A stretch of DNA of 64,000 nucleotides, taken from positions 37,078,001 to 37,142,000 of the forward strand of contig CM119372.1 of NCBI GenBank assembly GCA_051294905.1, given 5' to 3'. Positions within the stretch are counted from its first letter, which is position 1. The number at the start of each line of letters is the position of its first letter. Shown here piece by piece: positions 13,107-24,499 of the stretch. The notes beneath the pieces are model-generated. The model ran no database searches and had not been told where the DNA came from. It saw only the letters and a list, made by a program, of their open reading frames with translations. This DNA is from Botryllus schlosseri (Eukaryota). The translations under genes were made by a program, and so were the position numbers.

Positions 13107-14395
13107 TGTATAAGGCAACAATGAAGTGCACTGCTTTGTTTGGTCTTGATGTCAGGTTTTCCCAAAAGATACTTCCGATGTGTTTAGCGACATTGTTTTA
13201 TGTCAGCACGACAGCTGAGCCCACAGTATATTCTGATCCTTGCGGGTCTCAGCTGCTTCAGTCATATCTTCCATCCCAAATCAGGCTCCACAACAGACAT
13301 ATAGTACTACCAGAAGTAATAAATACTCTTACCAGAATATAAACCAATCGCTCTACTTCAATTGCCAGAATGTAAGTAGGCTACATATGATCAGAGTTGA
13401 GTACCGTAATACGACTACGTTACCGAGGGATTTCTGCGTAATTCTGACGATGTCAATCGAAATGCTTTGTACAGGACTGTGGTCTAGCATAGGTGAATCT
13501 ATGATGACAACCACAACAAATTTCTGAACCGTTTACAACTAGAAATCAACAGTACAGTATGCGATATTTAGCGCTGAAGCAGGTGCGCGAGAAAGTAGCT
13601 TGCTAACCAATTTGTGGTTGCTATGCGTATCTAGTCACGTGATCGAAGTCCTGCAAATGGCCTATTGGCAACAGCATTCCATCGAGCTAAAATCAGTTGA
13701 TACGAATGGGCTGGGCATATTGCCTTGACGTGCAATGGCCCACACACTGCCAAGGCCGGTAGAAGCTTAGAAAACGGCTTAGGGCTTCGCCATAAAATCA
13801 AAGCTTTACGTGGATAAGGTCTCTCATGTAGTTACGTCTTTCGCAAGCCCCAATATCGATTCCATAGTCGCTGAAAAGCGTTGCCAGATATCGTGCACAG
13901 CTCAGAGTTCAGAATAAAATTAAATTGATTATCATGATTTTTGTTGTATTTGTATTCCTTTGATAAAATATAACTTTTTTGTGGTAACTATGCTCATCGC
14001 CTATGTAAGATAGCACTACGTTGTACTAACATAAAGTTTTAAAACGTGGTTGCTAAGCTGTGTAGCCTATGTTATATCGATATTGAATTCATGCGGCCCG
14101 CGACCGCTACGAAATTGAAAAGTGGCCCGCCACCCGTTTTGAGTTGGCGACCCCTGCGTATAATCAATGCCGCAGCCGAATCGTACTCTTACTAAAAGTG
14201 CGGTCACTATGAAATTAATTCACGATCGATATTTCGAGAAATGGACTCCTGCGAAGAGAGAAACCGAGAGTTATACTGCACAGCTCCTCGTGGTGTAGAG
14301 ATATGGATTAGGCTACCTTTCTACAAAATAGATTGCACATTATGAAAGGGTTATTCCATGTGTGAGACGGCGTGCTGTGAGGAAGAAGTTAGTGC

Positions 14396-15631
14396 ATGAA
14401 GTCAGAGTTCATGGACGTTGATATTTCCGTCATCTACAACATTTCAAATGGAACGGCTGCTCGACTGAATTTATCTCAATCACAAATGGCAACAATCTGG
14501 ACCATATGTGGATTACTATCAGTCGTGGGCATCATCGCCAATGGAATGATGATCATGGTGTTGACTCGGACGAGGAAAAAAGTGTTCACCACGATTATTA
14601 TGGGACTTTGTCTTTCTGATATCATTTCTTCTTTGAACAGTCCACTGTTGATATACCAGAGTTACTCGTGGAAAAATTTTAATTTGCCATTGCCATTTTG
14701 TGCTACACCGATACCGATAGATATCGCTACCTCTGTGGTGACCGTTAATCATGTCCTGTATCTTAGTATATATCGTTTCCGTAGCATAGTACAGACCGTC
14801 AATTCAGACGAGAAAAACACCCTTCAACAATCCCAAGTGTTCGTGATAATGATCTACCTCATTTCGTTCACAGTGATGGCTGCGCCATTACTGTTCACTT
14901 TCGAAATAACCGAAAACAACCACATCTACTCTTGCGACCTCAAAATGTCAATGTATAGAATCACGAAAATATTATCTTTGGCTTCGTTGACTGTAGGCAT
15001 CCTCATACCAACGGTATTGATACTAGGGCTATGCGGGAGTATAATAATTGTCATGCGTAAAAGGATGGTAACAACTCAACGCGCATTCCGAATTCCGATA
15101 TCTAAGTGTTGGAGGTTTACCTAGGCTCCTCCTCGCCACCTCATCCGCGTCAGCGGTGTCTTACAAAAGCCTAGAGGTGGGCCGTGCTATAAGTCGGCAG
15201 TTACGGAAAATAAGAAGAATATCGGCCTGGTGTAAATGACCATAGTAGTCGACAAACACCATGAATACCCCAAAACAACAACAACAACAACTCAACGCGC
15301 AACCAACACTCAATCCAGGGCACAAGATCGGCAGGCCCTGGTTCAACTTTACGGAATCGTGATATCGTTCATCATCGGCTATTCTATTGATTATTTTGCT
15401 AAATTTTACGCTCACTATAACACCGACAGTTCAATGTTTAACACTATGGTCACAGTCATTTCGCATGGGATTCTCCGCATAACAGAGTGCATCAATCCTT
15501 TCTGGTACTGCTACGCTTCCAGCGATATTAGGAAGGAATGTAGAAAGCTCCTCCCATATCACCAAAGTAAGCCCGTGCGTCCTAAAGCAGTGGTTCTCGA
15601 ACTAGAGGCGCGTCCCCTTGAGGGGGCGTGA
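14396..15631 (+). pseudogene. Intronless orphan class-A (rhodopsin-like) GPCR disrupted by a SINE insertion in ICL3
   Basis: TM1-5 lie in 14396-15124 (GIIAN, LCLSD, YRF at the DRY position, ECL2 Cys, TM5 Pro). TM6-7 lie in 15236-15631 (INPFWY) in the same frame. Removing the 216-bp insert gives a 339-aa 7TM ORF. Confidence 0.88.
15086..15285 (+). mobile_element. 5'-truncated SINE with (AAC)n tail
   Basis: Flanked by the 16-bp direct repeat AACAACTCAACGCGCA (15070-15085, 15286-15301). Homologous to the reverse complement of about 57187-57395. Confidence 0.88.
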
Positions 15632-17149
15632 AAGCATCTGAAGGGTGTCACGGAACAGCCGGAGAGAAGTGAAGTTTCTTGAACTCGGAATCAGTTTAAT
15701 TTGTGCTGAAACTTCTAAGTTTCAACAACGGCAATAATCCAAATTTTACCACGTTGTATGTCATATAGTTGCGTCGGACCATCCATACACCGATACTAGA
15801 TTGTAACTGACACCTGACCTTGCACCGATCAGACGATGTCTTTTAATTAGGAGTGCGTGTCGGTGTTGCCTGATGCTTTTAAGGTCTGCATGTCAAGCGT
15901 CTGTGCAGACTTCGTAAAAAGACACAACATCGTGGGGAAATAATATATTTCCTTATAAGACTGTGTCATATACCACGTATATAATTAATAAGCCTTTTGA
16001 ATCCAGAAACTAGGATTCAAATATCGAGGAGTTGAAGTAGCCATTTCGAGTATATAATTATAATTGCGTAAGGTTTTCTAGAATGCCATTCATAAAAACA
16101 CATTTTAGAAGCTCTTTTGTTTATAACGTACGACTCGCCGAGAAAATGTCGTGCTGCCCAAGTCCAAGTCAGAAAATATAAGGTATTTGACACCAAAATC
16201 GCTAAAATATGGGTTCACATATACCTAGTACCCTCTGTTACACGAAGAACACTGTTTGAAATTCGAGAGAATGGTTGTAAAAGAAGTGCATTATGACGAA
16301 GCATATAATTTATTGAAGTTTATTTGAACTTATATGGAACAGATGAATTTAACCCCACCAAAAATTGACGTGTAAGCGTAAAGAAAATGGTAGAATTGTA
16401 GAGTGGGGTATTCTGAACTTGGAGTTATTAATGTAGAATACGTGTACCAATAATACTTGCCAGAAACAAACAAAAATGACGATGGGAATAATTCGTCGGC
16501 CATTTTAAATAAAGCGGAGTTTGAGGTCGACAGCGGTAGCCTATGATTCACGGCAACCACATATTTCAAAATAACGGTTAGCGCTTGATGCGATGCGAAT
16601 TCAGGAAGTTATAAGGAGCCGAGGCCGAATCGTGACACTTAGTCATTTCTGCTCGTGCACGAAGTCGTTATAATGGGTCATTTATAATGATGAGGGAGAT
16701 TAACTCGCACACGAAGCTGTGCCATTTTGGTAGCTGATAGAGCCGAAAACAATTGGTTAATGAGTACGGCTGGTCCACGAACTGTGATTCATAAAGAATA
16801 AAGAGAGAATAACTTGTCACGAGCTAGGTCCGAAATTAATTACCAGCTATTAAGTAAAGGAAGTCTTAGTTTTTTTGAATCAGAAACCCATATAATCCGC
16901 TGCGCAACACAGTCTAATTCAGTCCGATCTGGACTCGCAACACGGAGCAGAAGGAATTGAAGCTTAGAAAGGACACAGGAGCAAGGCGGCCATCCTTGCA
17001 CCGAGGCTACGGCAAAGATCACAGCGCTGAGTTGAGTACTTTATAAATATTGCGTGTCCCATGTAGCGGTAGCTAAACGTAGTTGCAGACGTGGAAGGTT
17101 GGGGCTTTGCTCGGTTATCTACGCGCTTGAAGTAGTGCGCACCAAATCG

Positions 17150-18450
17150 CCTTGTGCTTGCACCCTGTAAAGAGAAAATTTAGTACACCGAATATGTTCC
17201 CGATTGTAAAAAGCCGGCCTGTGTTTACTTTGGGTGCCCTTTCGATTACCCTTGAATGTGCGGGTCCTTTCAGTTTGAACTCGAGCCCCTGGGCTCGCAG
17301 ATACGAGCAGCCCATGATGGAGGTTACGGGCACAGCTTGCGGGCCATATCTACCCATAGTTCACTCTGAGGTCGTTGTGGAAATCCCGGCAAGTTTCGCC
17401 ATAACAAGATTTTGGAATTACAAATTACGGCCGGCATAAAGGCGACCCGGCCTGCATGTATGGAGTCGTGCGTTTTTTTTCGTATCGAACGCAAGATACT
17501 ATCATAAGTAATTTGGATTTTTCCGAAGGTTGTAAGATCCTCGTTTGTGGAAACCCGTCGAAGGGGACCCACTTGAAATTAATATATTAATATCCCTATT
17601 ATTAATGCCGCGGCCGCAGCACCTCCAAGACTTGGGAGAGAGGCTTGCGAGCATGTCCGAATTGGGGCCTCTGGATAGAACAGGAAGGCGTGAAATGATA
17701 AAATAATTAATTGGTTAAGGTAGGCTGCCGTTTGTCAAGTGTGGGAATGTGTCTGATTTAGTGCATGCTAATTATTGTTTTTCAATAACCTTTTTAGGCG
17801 ATTACTGTCAACAGGTACCCGGGATCATGAATGTCCGAATATTATTATGTAGGCCTATCCTGGGAGACTAGGCTGGGAAATGCGCGGGGTCCCGCTTGGA
17901 GGTGTTGCGTTAACTACGGCGATTTACGAGCGCTGCCGAGCAGACCTTACACTAAGTAAGGAATATGCACCGGCCACCCGGTGGGTTCATATCAGCTTCA
18001 AATCGGAAGTGAGTCAGGTTGAGTAAAATACTTACGGCACGTTTTGGTAGCTGGCAACCTCCAGACGGGCGATTAGTCCCTGGAGCAAAGCCTTCATTGC
18101 GAGCTTGTGGACAGATGCGAGCGACGCGATGGGCTGGGCCTTTATTGTCTCAAGTTCAAGATGGGCTTTGTTCCAAAGCGTATAGTTAGTTAACGTATAA
18201 GTTAGTTACGGATAATTCCATTCTTAGATGATTGCACGGCAATCCGGGCCCAGGAACCAGTAACTCGCCTCGGTAGCGGGAAGCCTTACGTCTACCGCAA
18301 ATAGGTGCAGTAGGATCCGCAGAGCAGGCATTGCATAGCCGCTCGCAGGACCACTGTACATATCGAGCGAGTTCTAGGCTACGGCCTGGGGAAATTTTGT
18401 AGAGCGTAGATAGGGATAGGCTGAACCAAGGACTGTAACGCCCCAGGTTC
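17150..18450 (+). mobile_element. Highly decayed Ty3/Gypsy pol relic (RT-RNase H)
   Basis: Ordered motif remnants across frameshifts: ITRFWNYKL (like RFCVDYRKL), SNLDFSEG (like S.LDL.SG), QHLQDL, CF.ITFLG, LGGVA..RRF, WTDASD..LLSQVQDG, KLVTDNSILR*L, RPG. No LTRs found. Confidence 0.6.
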
Positions 18451-19832
18451 AATACGAACCCTAAAACCCGCAAGGATGGGTAACAATCTAATGTTCTAGC
18501 GCAGAGCCGGGCCACGTGTGGCCCGCAAGAGAGTTTGGGGTGGCGCGTGTGGTGATTTGCGAAATTAGTAAGGTTGTTAGGGGTGGATTGCGCGGATTGT
18601 GAACTTGTAGGGCCGACCAGAACTTGATTGGTCTGGCCGCCGCCGTTGGGACGTGATAGCTAGGGTGTCAGTTCCGACGCGTTCCCAGATCCATGAGGCG
18701 GTCGCATTTTGGTGGATCTTCATACACTACTATAAAGCGGAATAATTTGCGATAGATTTATCAAAAGTAAAGATTGTCTACACGCTTTGCGCAACACGTT
18801 GTCACTCGATTTCTTACTTTTAATAAGGTCACAAAAACGCCTAATGTGTCAGTTTGAGTCGAATTACATTCGCGGTTGCGAGACTAAGTGTCGTTCGGAT
18901 TATGCGGCCCCCGTTTGCACTCGCAGAAAGACCTCGAATATGAAAACTAGGCACGAACTGCATTTGTAACTGTGATAATATTCACCCGCTTTTTCGACAT
19001 TCTTTCTCTACAAAATGAGTTCTGACTATTCGGTGCTTTGTTTAATGCGAACGCCAATACAATTGCCTGAAAATTTCAAATGGGCTCTTCTGAAATGCGA
19101 TGCAGTTGAATTGAGTGACAAATTTCATACAAAGAGCATATCGACAAAGGGTACGTTCTTGAAATTGGTCTTTATCGCAACTTGAATAGCAATGCAAAAG
19201 GAATTGCATCAAATTTTGGAAGCTCGTGCGCCTGTGAACAATAGTTGCGAGCAATGAAATTCACGAAGAGCAAGCTAAGATCACGTATTTCTGACGTCAA
19301 TTTTGAATATGGTCTGATTCTTCTTTCATTTGACTCGTTACCAGAAGTTGAAAACCTCTCACAAACCAAGCTGCGTCAATTGTCACAATTATTCTGTGTT
19401 GTTAAGGTGTAAATACATGTGTCTTCTGATTGGTATGATTGAGATCGCAGCAATGTAGGATAATATACCGAAGTGAGCGTAACCAATTAATTTGTCCTAC
19501 ACCCAGTTGGCAAAGTGTAGTGACTTTGCATCATCATGCATACTTCGAAAATTCAATTTGGCTTGAATGGTGACTTGACGGTACTTGGCTGGGCTCGGGT
19601 CGAAATGTGTAATGTCTCAAGGAGACTCGTGACTCGAAGGTGGTGGTTTGATCTCCACACTGTTCTGAGGTCACAAGAGTTTATGGTTATAGCTATTCTG
19701 GAACACAGTGCAACTGTATAAAAAGTGCTAGTCGATTTGAATTCAAATAAAGGGAACGCTGAAAGACAGAGAGGGTCCGAATTGTATGACAATTGCTAAA
19801 GAAAAGAAAAACTGACTTGTGGATGATATCAG

Positions 19833-19991
19833 CAGAGGTGGTCAAAGTAGTCAGGAAAGCTACTCAAGTAGAAGTAGAAGTAGTGACGGAAAATCTACTC
19901 AAGTACAAGTAGAAGTACTTCTTCAATAAGCCACCTAAAACTACTTGAGTACGTATAAAAAGTAGAAGTACTTCGTGACCGACCACCTCTG
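19833..19991 (+). mobile_element. Minimal 159-bp hAT MITE family A
   Basis: TIRs CAGAGGTGGTC / GACCACCTCTG. Perfect TSD GATATCAG (19825-19832, 19992-19999). Confidence 0.92.
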
Positions 19992-20032
19992 GATATCAGT
20001 CATATTCTGTTGTAATTCGAATGGGTGATGAC

Positions 20033-20883
20033 TAGGGCGATGTTTTTTTTGACCTAAAAAACGGAAGATTTTGACCTAAAAAATCTAAATTTTGACTTTT
20101 TTTGACCTAAAAAAACTGAAATTTGACCAAATTTTGACCTCACGTATGCAAATTAGGTGTTTTCGCACATAATGTTAAAATTGTACTTCTTATTTTCATA
20201 TCTGGTTAAAACTGTCTGTCCTTACAAAGTAGATTGGCCTGAAAAAACGTTTTTGGCTCAAAAACTGACAAATTGTTACATAAAAAAACTAGTATTTTAA
20301 CGAAATCTGGCACTATTAAGAATTCCAGTAGTTACAAATTTGTAGTGGTACAACGAAAGATACTTTCCTACATTCTCGGGTAGAAAGTGTCTGTCCTTAC
20401 TAAGTAGCTGGTCAAGAATGGAAAAGAACGTTCAACAGCAGCAGTTGTTGGCTGACAATAATGAAGTTATGTGCACACTGCTGGTGACACACCGTGTTGC
20501 TTCATTCTGACATGTTGTCTATATCACAATTTTTCAGCTTGCGCTTCTTGATATAAGAACATCAATGTCCAAGCAGTCTTGCTTCAGTTAGGATATTGCT
20601 GTACGTTGACCATAAAACCATGTCACTATTTGTTTCATTTGACCGTTTATTATTCACAATGAGCAGACGATGGGCCGTTTACAACGTTAGGCCTATAAAG
20701 TAGGCTATAAGCTGTAAAATATCAAATTATAAGTTCACCGACAGCGCAAAATCTACGATACAAACGAAATCCAGAGGTCAAAAAATGTTTGACTTTGGAA
20801 ACAATTTTGACAAATTTTGACCTAACGCTACAATTTTGACCTAATTTTGACTTTTTTTGACATAAAAAAAAAAAATCGCCCTA
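20033..20883 (-). mobile_element. Non-autonomous hAT element with a transposase C-terminal remnant (family E)
   Basis: TIRs TAGGGCGAT / ATCGCCCTA, TSD GTGATGAC, TTTGAC subterminal repeats. Minus strand encodes CQPTTAAVERSFSILDQLLSKDRHFLPENVGKYL, which has the hAT dimerisation motif ERSFS. Confidence 0.85.
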
Positions 20884-23800
20884 GTGATGACATATGAAAT
20901 CCTTCGCGAATATTGCCGTTTGTTCTCAAACATGCGCGGTATATAGTCCTAGTCGCCATGGATGAAACAAAGAAGGCTACACCATATTAACACATTTTAT
21001 CGATAGTATTCAAAACGGATCATGCTTAACGGTATTGATCCATATCTGCAGGAACCCGCTCGAATATTCAATACGAAAAGTATGTAATTCATTTACGCGA
21101 AAATTTGAGTAGGACAGTTAGCATAGTTTAATTAAAGTCCAGAGATACTAATGTCTAGAGATATAAAAGCAGGAAATGACGAGTGCTTATGCCGCGTTTA
21201 GTCAATCAGTTTTAATAATATTTTCATCATTTCAAAACACCACGAAACTGCGATCCAGGGCAGTCGTACTAACTATCCTGTCGCGTGTAGTAATTGGCTG
21301 CGACAGATTTGGCGAGATGAAAGTGTCTAGTTGAAAGTGAGCCTGACTCCAATCAAGGTTTGAATATGCCGAAAAACACTCTATTATTTCGTGTAAGCTT
21401 ACATGGGCCGAACTATAGGACCAAGAATTAGTGAGGATGAAAAATAATCACTAGCAGCGATAAAGTTTCCGTAGGGTATGTTGCGGCGTTGTAAATGTGT
21501 GGTATCGCAGTGCGTCAATAAATATGTGCCGTTCGCTGTGCATATTTATGCCGACAATAAGGCGGGTGCCTTTGTACCTAGATATTCCATGGTTTTGTCA
21601 GCATTTTAGAGCATTCTTGTTTAGTGTTTTTGAGGACAATTTACCTCGCTGACGTAAGATGAAACGCACTAACTCAAGAATAGCGTCAGAAATATACCCA
21701 CTTGTCGCATTAAGTAATAACAAGGACAAAGTCAAATTGGATTTATTATTGGTACTGCAAGCAGGCGACTCAAACCAGGCTTGGACAACTAAATAATTCT
21801 AGTCGTCTAATCTCACGGAATTAGAGCGAAATGCCAGTAATATAATTCTAATCTAATTTGGAAAAAGCTGCGTAGCTCTAATTCTAATTTTAACATAATT
21901 TGAAAAAGCTGTGTAGCTCTAAATCTCATCTAATTCGGAAAAGCTGAAAATTTTCTAGTAGTCTGGGTCTAACTCGAAATGAAAATATATTTACCTATAT
22001 CTGAACGTCACAAGCGCTACTATTCCGGCAAGGTCAATACACTCAATACCATTCTGATCAGGACGTCAATGCCCCTGTGGAGACGCTGTAAATGGTCACG
22101 GAGCAGCGAGCCAGTTCGTTGGCTACTGTGTCCATTTTGTGTTGTCATGTATATCGGGGCCTTGTGTCGATTTTACGTCCTAGCGCTGAAGCGCCAGTAT
22201 AGTTGCCGGCTATCTAATCGCAAACAACAATTATCAACGGATTTCCAATTGCTACCTCGATACCTTTGGTGCTAGACCTTGGAGAAGATCGACTAATATT
22301 CCAAAAGTTTAGGGCTACATATTGTGATTAATAAACATCGATACCTTGGTCACTAACTAGGATTAATAAAGAAGTATAATGTAACCGGAATTACTAGGCC
22401 TATAACATTAGGAATACTTCAGGCCAGTACTGCTAATATAAAGACCCCAGAAAAGTAACCCATGGTTGAACTTATCCACACATTCGTTTTTCGAAACTGA
22501 TGTGTCGATGATGGAAAATGACACTAGCCTAAAACCCGCTTTGTCCGCGTATTCACTTTACGAAGTGAATGCGCCTGACGAGCGCCATTTTGTCGCATTG
22601 CAATCATTACGTGTATGAACTATGAAAGTTACCTGTATTGGCAAAAATCAATCTGCTAATGGGTATTTCATGTGAGGGTTTACTATGATGAATTATTGTA
22701 TGGTGACGCCAATATTTCCTATTGTGTTCAAGTACTGCATTCACCGTATCTTTGATATCTACGACCCGGTTGCTTTAAAATGACACTAACACTTTATGTC
22801 TTAGATATGGGTATGGGTTAATGACCATTTATTATGTGAATTTGGTTGTTACTAGGCCTACACTTATTTAATAGCGAGTAGCCTACTACATCTGTAGGCA
22901 TCAATAAGGCATCATAACTGACCCCGCCCCTATACTAGCGTCAGGACCCTTAACCCCAACGGGACAAAAGTTTGAAAATTTGATGCGTAATGGACCACAG
23001 GACAATAGAAACATGGGTATTTAAAGACCTCTTGGGGTAAGGCATTGGAGCATATGTGAGTTCGAAATTCGCGATAAGCCTAGTCTATTGCCTATGAAGC
23101 ACGGTATATACGAATGATTAAAAAAGCTTAAGCACACCAATACTGGAAATTAAGGAATATAGCATGATTACAATTGGGATATTGGTTCACATATGACTAT
23201 TATAAGTGAGATGGTATCATTTTGTGCTTATCTGGGACTGTGTCGTATGCGTGTTAAGTGTTAGCTATACCATCAGTTTGCTTTACCAAAAATGGCGCCA
23301 CCATTTTTTTCATGTATCATGCGAGCTTTTACAGTGAGCCGAAGTATGACTGACATGTGTATGCATATCTATGCCATGTATGATGTCCACATGAATTGTA
23401 CACTCAGTTGTAGTATCCAATTATTGCACATAAAGACGACATCGGTGCGTCCGCTAGTTTCGGCGAACTTGTGACTCTATGCCAATGTAAATCCGCCAGT
23501 CTGAAACAGAGCCCCAAACGAAGCATCCAGTAGCAGACTATATCCAGAAAACCGGACATTGACCGAGGCATTGCGGAAGGGTTTGACGTCTTTTGAGATT
23601 GAAGGGTGATGTTCCGATGTCCCTCTGAAAAATCTTGACATGCTATTGATTGGATCGGCTGCTTGCTGCAGTTGCAAACTATACAGAAATAAAGCAGTGC
23701 GATGAAATGGGAGCGACTGCTAACCGAAATTGCAATGTATATATAAATGAAGAAGCTTGATTATATTTGCTGGAATCGTCCATAAAGCCGATGAGCTAAA

Positions 23801-24499
23801 GATGGAAAGAGCCAAGAACATAGAGGTATTGCATTCGGAATATCGTTACGACGTACCCTCAACAAACCCCGCGTTCTGTTGGACTCGGAATGCCCGATCT
23901 CCGAATCGACACGCAAGTACTTGATGATCCTAAGTAGTAACGACTCAAACAAGGGGTCGGTTCCTGGACTAATTGCAGTTTGATATCTGCATCTGGAAGA
24001 CTGGGGAACTCTTATAAACAAGGTGGTCGGCAAATTGGTCAACTTGAACTCTGTGTGGTATTGTTTTTTTGTGGCATCGATTGGCATATTTCTTGCATAT
24101 TATATGCATGTATATTGTAGGCAGGAAGTACCGTCACATTTATGGTGTAAACACACCTTGGAGTATTGAACTGTTATTAATCGTGCATGAATATGAATAG
24201 GTTAAATCTTGACTCGTGTTGTGATTGACGTATGTTCCGTGTGCCAACTTAACCGAGTTTTGCATAGATACTTCATTGCTGTCTGCATGATAATTATTGG
24301 AATATGTTGGTTGAATTAAGCCAAGGGGCTTGTCTATTGTATGAATAGTTTGAGCCGCTGGACCTTCCAAGGTCACTGCTTCGTTCGATCAATCTGCAAC
24401 CAATGCTGCAATCAACGTCGACATAACCGGGTTGTATAAGGGGTGTGGAAAAATGTGGAAAAGCCAGGAGATGTGGTTTAGCTCTGTGAAGTAAATCGA

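Noticed and set aside
17115..18515. Minus-strand ORFs with apparent integrase (HDSIHAG) and RT-thumb-like words
   Set aside because: The + strand carries a longer, correctly ordered series of RT and RNase H motifs, so the minus-strand resemblance is likely chance.
19536..19721. LGWARVEM...RLVTRRWWF, faintly like a C2-domain strand
   Set aside because: Short, with no convincing splice sites or neighbouring exons.
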